A stretch of DNA of 64,000 nucleotides from a virus (taxonomy: Duplodnaviria > Heunggongvirae > Uroviricota > Caudoviricetes). Each line of letters opens with the position of its first letter. Position 1 is the stretch's first letter. The notes below the pieces were generated by a model. The model had not been told where the DNA came from, searched no databases, and saw nothing but the letters and a program-made list of their open reading frames with translations. Shown here piece by piece: positions 48,686 to 56,719 of this stretch. The stretch lies in the IMG/VR virus record IMGVR_UViG_3300023214_000389; one strand, given 5' to 3'. The position numbers were made by a program, and so were the translations under genes.

Positions 48686-48715
48686 CTGTCCGGCAGGGGT
48701 GGCCGCGCCGGACAG
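48686..48715 (+). other. GC-rich hairpin (CTGTCCGGC ... GCCGGACAG)
   Basis: 9-bp perfect inverted repeat with 12-nt loop in 390-bp intergenic region. Confidence 0.4.
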
Positions 48716-48743
48716 ATCTCATCCCACAGAGCCGCACGGGCTC

Positions 48744-48764
48744 GCGCTGTCCGGCGCGGTTTTG
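48744..48764 (+). terminator. plus-strand terminator-like hairpin (CGCGC-TGTCCG-GCGCG + GTTTT)
   Basis: GC stem followed by T-tract on plus strand only; located between two minus-strand genes. Confidence 0.3.
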
Positions 48765-48776
48765 GCCTGGGTTGTA

Positions 48777-49457
48777 CTATATTTTCTCTAGGATAACTGA
48801 AGTTGCATTTGCGTCGAAAGTTTGTCCATGAGTAAATTCTCTTCCTGAGATGGTCCCTATTCCAATCTCAAGCTCGTAGGCTATAAAACTACCGTTCGGA
48901 TTTCCACCGTCTCCTTGGGCAGCTTCGTGTTGAACTGCCTCAATCAGTGGAGAAGTCGCCGTAAACGAGCTAGCAAAGCTAACAAGAGCCTTTCCAGACA
49001 AAACTACTAGAGCTGCCCCGCTCGAAGAAGAGTCCACTGAGGGGGCTGTCATTGGGTTTGAAGAGGGTAACGTAGTAGCTGCTACATCTCCAACGGAAGC
49101 ATTTCTAAAAACTGCTATACAAGCGGACCTTCCTGTATCTGTAGCACCATTCCATGTATAAGAAGCTGGCTCCGATCCACCAGCGGTTCGACTATAGACA
49201 AATTTTCCTGTCCCTGGGTTAGCTATTTGAGTCCAGCCCCCGGGGGGAGTCACAGGAGATGCACTTGCCCACCTAACCATGACCAACATTATGTCCCCCG
49301 CTTGGGTTGCAGGAGGTACAGGAATAACTACAGTATCCCCATCTTCTGTAGCTTGGTCGGCAGGGAAAGAAGCTTGAGAAGCCCCAATAAACTCAACCTG
49401 GGTTGAGACAGCTTCCTCTCCGAACAAAGTTCCTAACAATAATCCTCTGGTTGCCAT
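48777..49457 (-). CDS. hypothetical protein (markedly higher GC than surrounding genes)
   Basis: 226-aa ORF, Ala/Gly/Ser/Thr-rich; no recognisable motif. Confidence 0.35.
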   Translation of the reverse strand: MATRGLLLGTLFGEEAVSTQVEFIGASQASFPADQATEDGDTVVIPVPPATQAGDIMLVMVRWASASPVTPPGGWTQIANPGTGKFVYSRTAGGSEPASYTWNGATDTGRSACIAVFRNASVGDVAATTLPSSNPMTAPSVDSSSSGAALVVLSGKALVSFASSFTATSPLIEAVQHEAAQGDGGNPNGSFIAYELEIGIGTISGREFTHGQTFDANATSVILEKI

Positions 49458-49465
49458 AACAATAA

Positions 49466-49672
49466 CTATTCTTGATCATCTATGTTTCTGGCGTCTTCAG
49501 AAGGCGGGGCTGGGCGATCTGCGTCCCAGTGTAAGAGGGGGGCAAGAGACCACTTCTTTTGACCCTCTTCGCTCTTGTTTCTATCTTCCGGAAGGGTTCT
49601 AAATTGCTCTCTGTCCTTAGTTCCTGCCCCAGATTGGGGTAAAGGGTTACCTTCTTTTTCTTTAGCCATCAT
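49466..49672 (-). CDS. hypothetical protein
   Basis: track ORF 49466..49699 overlaps upstream gene by 38 nt; internal ATG (MAKEKEG...) at 49672 reduces overlap. Confidence 0.2.
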   Translation of the reverse strand: MMAKEKEGNPLPQSGAGTKDREQFRTLPEDRNKSEEGQKKWSLAPLLHWDADRPAPPSEDARNIDDQE

Positions 49673-49856
49673 TGGACTCCTGTATGTTTTGTTTACCATA
49701 GAAGCTTCCCAAGACAGCCCATTTATCGTCTTGGATCTCCTCCAAAGTCATTCCTGAGGCATTTAGACTCTTTTGTACTTGAATAGGATCAAACCCCTCA
49801 TAACCGACCCAAAGTAAAGTTTTATCATTTTTAATTTTAGTTATCATCAATGCCAT
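49662..49856 (-). CDS. hypothetical protein
   Basis: 64-aa ORF immediately downstream of HNH gene. Confidence 0.25.
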   Translation of the reverse strand: MALMITKIKNDKTLLWVGYEGFDPIQVQKSLNASGMTLEEIQDDKWAVLGSFYGKQNIQESNDG

Positions 49857-50314
49857 TAAATTTTCTCCACATTAGGGTATTTGTTTCTTATATGATCTTC
49901 TATAATTTTTCTAGTGTAATGGGCCATAGACATACCTCTATCTCTGGCTATTAATTGAAGAGCATCTCTATAGGTTTTATTTAGTTTTAAACCTATTCCT
50001 ATTTCCCTGTCGGGATTTGCTTGAGCCCTATCTCTTTCAAGGAGACCGCTTTTCACAACTAATTGGGCCAACTCCATGCATCTTTTTTGGGATGAACCAT
50101 CAATAAACATTTGTTGAACTGAGCTTCTTACTTCCCCAACTCTTTTAGGGTTTCTCATCATTCTAGCGATAACGTGCATATCTTGGTGACACCCGGAGCA
50201 AAGACTAACTAAATTAGCAGGATCATCCGATCCTCCAAGAGACTTTGGTATTTTATGGTGTTTATTCACAAAATCCAAAGGCTTCTCAGATTCACAAATG
50301 TAACATCTAAACAT
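49856..50314 (-). CDS. HNH endonuclease
   Basis: 152 aa; 'CYICE...HHKIPKSLGGSDDPANLVSLCSGCHQDMH' canonical HNH/Zn-finger motif. Confidence 0.7.
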   Translation of the reverse strand: MFRCYICESEKPLDFVNKHHKIPKSLGGSDDPANLVSLCSGCHQDMHVIARMMRNPKRVGEVRSSVQQMFIDGSSQKRCMELAQLVVKSGLLERDRAQANPDREIGIGLKLNKTYRDALQLIARDRGMSMAHYTRKIIEDHIRNKYPNVEKI

Positions 50315-50528
50315 TATTCTTCTGGGCCTTCTTAAGTAAAATACCTGCCAACCCTAACCCACCTACAACAAATGCAGCAATGACTTCAGAAGAGAAAAAC
50401 CCTTTGTCTTCTGGAATGTTAACTACTACTCTAGGATCTATAATTTGCTGTTGTGGTGGCCCACCAGATAAAGCAACAACTGGTAACAGCAGAAGAAAAG
50501 TTGCTATCAATAATCTAATCTTCATCAT
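50307..50528 (-). CDS. small membrane protein (N-terminal signal/TM and C-terminal TM with basic tail)
   Basis: 73 aa; 'LLIATFLLLLPVVALSGG' and 'VIAAFVVGGLGLAGILLKKAQK'. Confidence 0.35.
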   Translation of the reverse strand: MMKIRLLIATFLLLLPVVALSGGPPQQQIIDPRVVVNIPEDKGFFSSEVIAAFVVGGLGLAGILLKKAQKNNV

Positions 50529-50536
50529 TAGATCCT

Positions 50537-50800
50537 CTATACCACTTCAAGGACGCCCTGCTGTATTAAGTTGGTTAGGTTTGATTGCTTAATGGCAGCA
50601 GCATCTACTTCCCTTCTTTGGAATAGGTTAATAACCTTACCATGTGAAATTCTAACGGGGGAAATAGTTACTGAATATCTATTTCCATCGTCGTCAGTTT
50701 TTTGTACGGGATTGCGAAAAACAATAATTGCCTCACCAGAAGCAACTTTTCTAATGCTCACATTTCCCGAAGCTAATGATCTACTAAGTGCTACAGACAT
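50537..50800 (-). CDS. hypothetical protein
   Basis: 87-aa ORF downstream of tape measure gene. Confidence 0.3.
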   Translation of the reverse strand: MSVALSRSLASGNVSIRKVASGEAIIVFRNPVQKTDDDGNRYSVTISPVRISHGKVINLFQRREVDAAAIKQSNLTNLIQQGVLEVV

Positions 50801-50815
50801 TTTATCCTCCTATGA

Positions 50816-53302
50816 TTAGCTTTCTGATCCAATCAAGTTATGCTGAGTTTGGGCAAAAACATCCTCCCAGTTGTTTACTTCCAAAATAAGGCTGCCTCCG
50901 GACATAGAAGCCGCAGCGGTAGCTGGGCCTTTGGCTCCGGTGGTAATTCCTGCTTCCGTAGCTCCAACAGGAGCTTGGTCGGAAGGTCTAGTTTGGGGTC
51001 TGGATGCTGCTGCTTGAACTTTAGCTCTGCTAGCTGCTGCAACTGCTTCTGCTGGCTTAACAGTGCTTCGCATCCTTTTGTATTCTTCAAACGAGAGAGG
51101 CTCCTCTCCTTTTGCAGCTCTTCTTTTCTTATGAAACTCATATTGAGCTTTTATATCTTCTTCTTTGGATCTAGGTGCATTAACGTCTGTATCGTCTTCA
51201 AAAGGCTTCCAAGCAACATCATAAGCCCATTTTTGAAGAGCAGTTTCCCCTTTTGCCACAGCAGCAGCATCTACTATACCCATTGTAATAGTAGAAATAG
51301 CAGATCCTAGACCCGCAGCTACTCTTTCCCATTTACTGGGATCTTGTTTTCCTAATATATCAGAAGCGTTAACAATTCCGTAAGCAAATCCCCCTATTGC
51401 AGCGATTCCAGCTCCGATAAGGCCAGCTTTAGCTCCGGCTTTCGCTAGACCACCCATTCCCCTGGACGGGGAACCTATCATACCTGCTGCACCTGTTCCC
51501 CTAGTTGCAATGTTGCCTAGCATCCTCCCCAGAGGGCCTCTAAGCATCAAACCTCCCATAACACCTGCTAGAGCTATAGGAACTTCCCCTAGAAGGCTCT
51601 TGATTGCACTCAGAGAATTAGTAATACCTGCGAACCATGTCCCACCTTTACCTTCAACTGTATCTACGTACTCCTTCCACGCTTCTCCTGGGGGTTTTCC
51701 AACTTGGTCCTCAACAGCAGCCTCTGCCATTTTCTGACCAGCTCCTCCCATCTTGTAAAACATGGAAAGCATTTGAGTCTGGGAAAGAGGTTTATCTCTT
51801 TCTTTTCGCAATTCGCTAATAAGTTGCTTAGTTTCTTCTCCTCTTTCTGCTGTATCCCCGAATAGCGTTCTAGTAACACCCCTATCCCCCGCAGCTACCT
51901 TGGCCAAATTGTCAGCTATTGCTCTAGATTCCTCCACCAAGAGCATGGCTTCCCCAAACTTTATTCCCTTTGCCAACAGAGCATTTGGACCAGCAAGGGC
52001 TTGAACTCTGATATCTTCCATCATAGCAGCCCGAAGCTCAGTAGATTGTTTAACAGCCTCTTGAAATGCGAACAAACCCCCACCGGTCATTAAGGACCCT
52101 CTTTCAAGCATGCTCGCTATAGTTCTCCCTTGATCACCGAATCTTTCCTGCAATCCAGCTAGGAATTGCTGTTGATCTTCCGCATTTTTATAGGCCCTCT
52201 GAATTTCAGACCTAAACTCTGTTATACCAACAATATTTACCTTGCCTGCCATTTCGAGGTTTTTCTGAGCTTTTTGAACAGCAGCTTCTCGCGATCTCCC
52301 TAGGGCAAGCTGCATCTGGACCTCTCTAGACAATGCTTCAATAACCAATCTAGTGTTTTGGTTATAGAATCCCTTGCTATACGCTAATGTATTTACAGAT
52401 TTAGCAAATTCTCTGGTATTTACGGAGCCCTCTCCAAATCTTTGATTTAGCTCTTGAGTAACTTTGGTCATAGCCACAACGTTATCCATAGTGGTATCAA
52501 CAGACTCACCAAGCCTTCTAAATCCTTGATCAGCGAGAGCTGCCACATCAGCCATACCTAGGCCGCTCATGCGGGCAAGGGTGGCCATTCCTCTCCATCT
52601 ATCCCCTAAATTTGCTACAACTTCTTCAGATCCCCCAAACGTCTCGGTCAATCTCAAAAATGCTGCGTTGGATTCTTTAGCCTCTACTCCCAAGGTTGCA
52701 GCGTTAAGCATGGCAATACGCATCTCACCAGAAAATTTTGCTGTAGCTCCGGCTAATTCTCCAAATGTCATCTCACCAGCCGCACCTTGGCGTGCTAACA
52801 CATTGAATTGTTTATTCATGTCCCCAAGAACTATATTAGCATCGTGAAGAGCTGCTGTAAAAATGGACATGCCTTTGTGTTTAGCCACATCATCAAGAGT
52901 ATTCTTGAAACGTCCAAGCATTCCTTTTTGTTCGTTTAATTCCCTATTGGCTGATTCTACCTCTTTTCTAGCCTTCTTTTGGGCTTCGGATACTCTGCGA
53001 TAGGCTTTTGCCCTATCGGCTATGGATGCATTAGCATCTTTTATAAGACGATTCAATTCCTTTTGGGCTTTTGCTAAATTTTGAGTTGCAGCAGTGGCCT
53101 TAATTATAGGTTCTCGTTTGGCATAATCTTTCCACCCAGCTTTCCCTGTGCGAATTAAGTCATTAATTCCCTTTATCTGTTTTTTCATTTTCTCTAGCTC
53201 TTCAGCGGATCCAGCATCAAATGCAGGTAACCTAACAGGGGGTGCTTGCCTCTGTTGGTTGCTTCCCTGGAGAGTTCTAAGAATGTCTAATGGTCCTGGC
53301 AT
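50816..53302 (-). CDS. tail tape measure protein
   Basis: 828 aa; long predicted coiled-coil N-terminal half, Gly/Ala-rich hydrophobic segments 'GLAKAGAKAGLIGAGIAAIGGFAYGIV'; preceded by frameshift chaperone pair; downstream of sheath and tube. Confidence 0.55.
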   Translation of the reverse strand: MPGPLDILRTLQGSNQQRQAPPVRLPAFDAGSAEELEKMKKQIKGINDLIRTGKAGWKDYAKREPIIKATAATQNLAKAQKELNRLIKDANASIADRAKAYRRVSEAQKKARKEVESANRELNEQKGMLGRFKNTLDDVAKHKGMSIFTAALHDANIVLGDMNKQFNVLARQGAAGEMTFGELAGATAKFSGEMRIAMLNAATLGVEAKESNAAFLRLTETFGGSEEVVANLGDRWRGMATLARMSGLGMADVAALADQGFRRLGESVDTTMDNVVAMTKVTQELNQRFGEGSVNTREFAKSVNTLAYSKGFYNQNTRLVIEALSREVQMQLALGRSREAAVQKAQKNLEMAGKVNIVGITEFRSEIQRAYKNAEDQQQFLAGLQERFGDQGRTIASMLERGSLMTGGGLFAFQEAVKQSTELRAAMMEDIRVQALAGPNALLAKGIKFGEAMLLVEESRAIADNLAKVAAGDRGVTRTLFGDTAERGEETKQLISELRKERDKPLSQTQMLSMFYKMGGAGQKMAEAAVEDQVGKPPGEAWKEYVDTVEGKGGTWFAGITNSLSAIKSLLGEVPIALAGVMGGLMLRGPLGRMLGNIATRGTGAAGMIGSPSRGMGGLAKAGAKAGLIGAGIAAIGGFAYGIVNASDILGKQDPSKWERVAAGLGSAISTITMGIVDAAAVAKGETALQKWAYDVAWKPFEDDTDVNAPRSKEEDIKAQYEFHKKRRAAKGEEPLSFEEYKRMRSTVKPAEAVAAASRAKVQAAASRPQTRPSDQAPVGATEAGITTGAKGPATAAASMSGGSLILEVNNWEDVFAQTQHNLIGSES

Positions 53303-53820
53303 TTATTTTTCGTAGTAGCTAGACCTGCATTAGCAATAAGTCCAAAAAATTCTTCCTTAGGAAGATTAGACATATTAATTACTTCTGCGTCAGAAGGTAG
53401 TGGCATGTCAGTATTTAGCCCGTCCCCAAGAGAAGAGCTAGGAGGATTTGTTATAGGTCTACCTGCCGGGGTTTCCGGTTTCTTACCTAACAACGCATTA
53501 GGAAGCTCAGGGTTCATTACTAGAGATAATGGTACGAATATACTGGGATTTTCCGTTGAAGATCCGCCCGGCTTACTTGCCAAAATCTCCAGAGATTCTC
53601 TATCCCAGACGGTACCTAGGTGGGAAGCAAATCTATCCCAATATTCTTCTTTTTCTTTGTGAATATAGTGATAGGCAAATAATAGATGTTCCTCTGGAAG
53701 TTCGTTAATGTAATCCAGAGTCCATCCTGTGCGGGCTAGTACGAAGCCTCGGATCGCTAAGTCAGGATCCTCTTCCGAGGCTTTTAGGGCAAAGGGAGGT
53801 CTTCTGGCTCCCCATCCCCC
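53287..53820 (-). other. -1 frame extension (T segment) predicted to be expressed as G-T fusion by programmed frameshift
   Basis: -1 frame open from 53820 to stop at 53287 with no ATG for ~165 codons; candidate slippery heptamer C_CCT_TTG (minus strand; plus coords 53790..53796) two codons before the G stop; extension ends overlapping TMP start. Confidence 0.45.
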
Positions 53821-54698
53821 TCAGAAGTAACACGTTCTACTATGGATTTAAGGGAACCCTTTGGATCAACTTTTTCTCCGTAAGCTTCCCATAAGCTATC
53901 TACCAAGGCTGGGGATGCTTCAGCCCCTAAAAATTCCATCAATTGTGTACAAGCTTGGATTCTAATACCATGAGGGGGTTTCATAGGATGGAATATTGGG
54001 CGAGATTCCCCCTCCACAGTTACCATATCAGAATCATCTGGTTTTACATCAAAAATCTTCCAAAGAGGTTCCCCATCAATAGCTTGTACGGAGAAAGCAA
54101 CACAGGCTATTTGCATGTTAAGTGCTTGCTCCCCAGAACTCATGGATAAATTTTCCGAGAATCTCATAGCCATCGCAACTAGCTCCGTAGTAAGAATTCT
54201 CATGGTAAAAACCATATTTCCAATTTTAACTTCCTCAAGGGATATTTTGTCTATACCAAAATCCTCCCTAAGCTTAGACAAAATTGGATTTGTGCTATCG
54301 GTAGGTGTATAGGACGCTGTGGAATGGCTATTCGAGGCCACAGGTTGCTCTGTAACGGTCTCTTTGGGTAGCCTGTGTTCCACAGGGGCGTAAGGAACTT
54401 CCGCCTGTCCTGGGTCAACCTGTAACCCAGTTGCCTGCGGGGAATTTTGAGGTTCTGCCCTTGGAGGCATATCTGTTTGGGGCATAGGGCTGGGAGGCGT
54501 TGCTTGGGGGATGTTCTTTCGAACCCTTTGCATTCTGTCTCCCATTCCTGCATAGGCTGGATCAGTTAAAACACCTTGTTCTGCGGACCCTTGAATTCTT
54601 TCTTCATGTTCCGCTTTTAATCTCTCGTATCTGGGATTCCCGTCTCTAGGCGGCATCATGGCATCTATAGGGTTTTTAGGATCTCTTTCACCAGCCAT
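53784..54698 (-). CDS. putative tail assembly chaperone (G-like, frame 0 product)
   Basis: 304-aa ORF immediately upstream of tape measure gene; its last 12 codons overlap a 178-codon open -1 frame that runs into the TMP start. Confidence 0.4.
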   Translation of the reverse strand: MAGERDPKNPIDAMMPPRDGNPRYERLKAEHEERIQGSAEQGVLTDPAYAGMGDRMQRVRKNIPQATPPSPMPQTDMPPRAEPQNSPQATGLQVDPGQAEVPYAPVEHRLPKETVTEQPVASNSHSTASYTPTDSTNPILSKLREDFGIDKISLEEVKIGNMVFTMRILTTELVAMAMRFSENLSMSSGEQALNMQIACVAFSVQAIDGEPLWKIFDVKPDDSDMVTVEGESRPIFHPMKPPHGIRIQACTQLMEFLGAEASPALVDSLWEAYGEKVDPKGSLKSIVERVTSEGDGEPEDLPLP

Positions 54699-54725
54699 TC
54701 CAACTCTCCTTAATCCAAGTTAACA

Positions 54726-54962
54726 TTAATGAATTATCTCTTCATACCAATCTTCGATTCCTTTCAAATCAGATCGAAGAACTTGTAACATGGTAATCAT
54801 ATCCTCTTCTCCACAAACTCCTTGTGATAATATATTCTTGCCTTTAAGCAAAAACCAGTTAAAAGCTGGGATATAATCACTTATTGCATTAAAAACACAG
54901 TGATAAAGTCCTGGCTTACCATTTTCTATTACAGGGAGAGTGTAGATACTCTTACCGTCCAT
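54726..54962 (-). CDS. hypothetical protein
   Basis: 78-aa ORF. Confidence 0.25.
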   Translation of the reverse strand: MDGKSIYTLPVIENGKPGLYHCVFNAISDYIPAFNWFLLKGKNILSQGVCGEEDMITMLQVLRSDLKGIEDWYEEIIH

Positions 54963-54976
54963 AAGACTACTTTACA

Positions 54977-55618
54977 CTAGTAGCCCTTAACGGGAGGTTG
55001 ACCGGGAAGGGAGAGGTAATCCCAGTCGAAATTCTCTGGATTGTCCATAGGGTTGGATGGGCCTAGATCATTAGCGACACCTTCTCCTTCAACCCCACGG
55101 CCTGCACGACGCTTTAAAGCAGCTTTTTTGTGAGGATCAGGAGCTGGAGGGGAAACGGGAGAAGAGTTTTCATCACCTTCGATACCTCTCCCAGCGCGAC
55201 GTTTAAGAGCTGCTTTTTTATGAGGATCCATAGCAGGTTCTTGGGAAGAAGGTTGAGAAGAGGGTTGAGGGTTTCCCCCAGGACCGGTAGATTTAGGAGG
55301 ATTCTGAGCCTTAGACATTTCGTCTAAGGAAGGTATACCCATTTGCTCAGCAGCTTGTTTTGATTTTAGAGGATTTATAGGTGTGCCATCTGTGGGTACA
55401 CCTGCTGTATCCAATAGAGCATCCCAATTAGTTGCGTGAGCTAAAAATCCCGAGTAACTATGATCTCTAGGATCTCCAGCACTATCTTCACCGTTACATA
55501 CGGCATGGTCATGCTCCTGGGGATCACTAGTCAAGCTATTAGGCAAAGACTCTTTGGAGAAGGTAGCCCAACAAAGATGATGAGCAATATGAGTTTTCTT
55601 TTTGCCTTGCCAAGACAT
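54977..55618 (-). CDS. hypothetical low-complexity protein with duplicated basic motif
   Basis: 213 aa; 'DPHKKAALKRRAGRG(I/V)EG' occurs twice (DNA repeats 55101..55138 and 55190..55230). Confidence 0.3.
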   Translation of the reverse strand: MSWQGKKKTHIAHHLCWATFSKESLPNSLTSDPQEHDHAVCNGEDSAGDPRDHSYSGFLAHATNWDALLDTAGVPTDGTPINPLKSKQAAEQMGIPSLDEMSKAQNPPKSTGPGGNPQPSSQPSSQEPAMDPHKKAALKRRAGRGIEGDENSSPVSPPAPDPHKKAALKRRAGRGVEGEGVANDLGPSNPMDNPENFDWDYLSLPGQPPVKGY

Positions 55619-55621
55619 ATA

Positions 55622-56143
55622 TTACCCAGCTACACGAATTCGGGATACGTAAGCCATTTCGCATTCTACGGTTACAACAGCATCTCCACCAGATTCCCAG
55701 TTATTGTTATTCTTGGTCTGGAACCAGCAACCACTATATTGCCATAGTTTGTTAAGCTCCGTTCCACGGAATAGGTATTCCTGTGTTACCCAAGGACGAG
55801 TCTGATCCATCAAGTCGTCAAACACTGCTCCGAACCCTAGGGTAAGTTCAAGCTCTTGATTCCATACTTCCACTCGTGTGAAGGAGATAGTGTATCCAGT
55901 AGCCTGACCCGGAACGTAATCAATTGGGCGACCCCATGTTACATGGGATAGCTCTCTGATGTGATTACCTTCTCGTGTATAAGCATTGGGCTGCCACGAC
56001 TGAATACGTCCAACAATGTTCCCGTCTACAACAATAGAAAGACCGTGATAAGTTTTGGTCGTAGGGGCACCAGCAGCCCCTTGCTCTAAGGGCTGAACTG
56101 TAACGTCAAAACTATTCGTGGCAAAAGGCGAGGGATTTGGCAT
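55622..56143 (-). CDS. putative tail tube protein
   Basis: 173 aa, size and position (directly after sheath-side genes, before chaperones/TMP) typical of contractile-tail tube; no strong motif. Confidence 0.4.
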   Translation of the reverse strand: MPNPSPFATNSFDVTVQPLEQGAAGAPTTKTYHGLSIVVDGNIVGRIQSWQPNAYTREGNHIRELSHVTWGRPIDYVPGQATGYTISFTRVEVWNQELELTLGFGAVFDDLMDQTRPWVTQEYLFRGTELNKLWQYSGCWFQTKNNNNWESGGDAVVTVECEMAYVSRIRVAG

Positions 56144-56168
56144 AATTTAAACTCCCGAACTATCCTAC

Positions 56169-56293
56169 TTAGTAGGCTAGTGCTCCTCTAATGGAGCCCC
56201 TGCCTACCTTAAATATAATAGAAAGCTCTTTTGGGGTTGCTCCTTGTTCTTTTAATACTTTAATTTTTTCTATATCCTCGAAAGACAGTTTCA
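56169..56293 (-). CDS. small HTH protein resembling serine-recombinase C-terminal HTH (not in ORF track)
   Basis: 41 aa 'MKLSFEDIEKIKVLKEQGATPKELSIIFKVGRGSIRGALAY'; cf. Hin/resolvase HTH '...G.s..q.A.if.v..sTlYr'; stop lies inside palindrome CCTACTTAGTAGG (56164..56176). Confidence 0.3.
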
Positions 56294-56318
56294 TCGTATA
56301 TTTTACCGTAAGACAATT

Positions 56319-56702
56319 TTAGGCCCCAAAAGAATTTCTTATATCGCGAGCAAGTACAAACTCCCCTCGATTTTCCAATTCTACAGCAGTAGCTTCAACC
56401 TGAGAAAGCATATCGCTCTTAGGCTCTGGGCCTCTTTCTGTTGGGTTATCGAGGAAAGGATCACGCTTAGTCTGATAATCGGCATGAGGGACATCTTCAC
56501 CGAAATCCCCTACCTTAAAATCATCTGCTCCATTAACACCAAAGCCAAAGAATTCTCTAAGAAGCTTTTTGCCTTCTGGCGACAGATCTACTTGCTTTGC
56601 AAGCACCTCATAGATCTGAGCAGCAAGAGCATGCTTACCGACTTTTTCAGAATCAAGATGGGCAGCGATCCTGCACAGTGTAACCAATTTAGATCCTTGC
56701 AT
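56319..56702 (-). CDS. hypothetical protein
   Basis: 127-aa ORF between sheath and tube genes. Confidence 0.3.
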   Translation of the reverse strand: MQGSKLVTLCRIAAHLDSEKVGKHALAAQIYEVLAKQVDLSPEGKKLLREFFGFGVNGADDFKVGDFGEDVPHADYQTKRDPFLDNPTERGPEPKSDMLSQVEATAVELENRGEFVLARDIRNSFGA

Positions 56703-56719
56703 TGTTTAGCTCCTCGCTA

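Noticed and set aside
48385-48776. Possible tRNA/tmRNA in GC-rich hairpin region
   Set aside because: Hairpins are simple inverted repeats without cloverleaf geometry or a T-loop consensus; kept only as a possible ncRNA/regulatory-region finding
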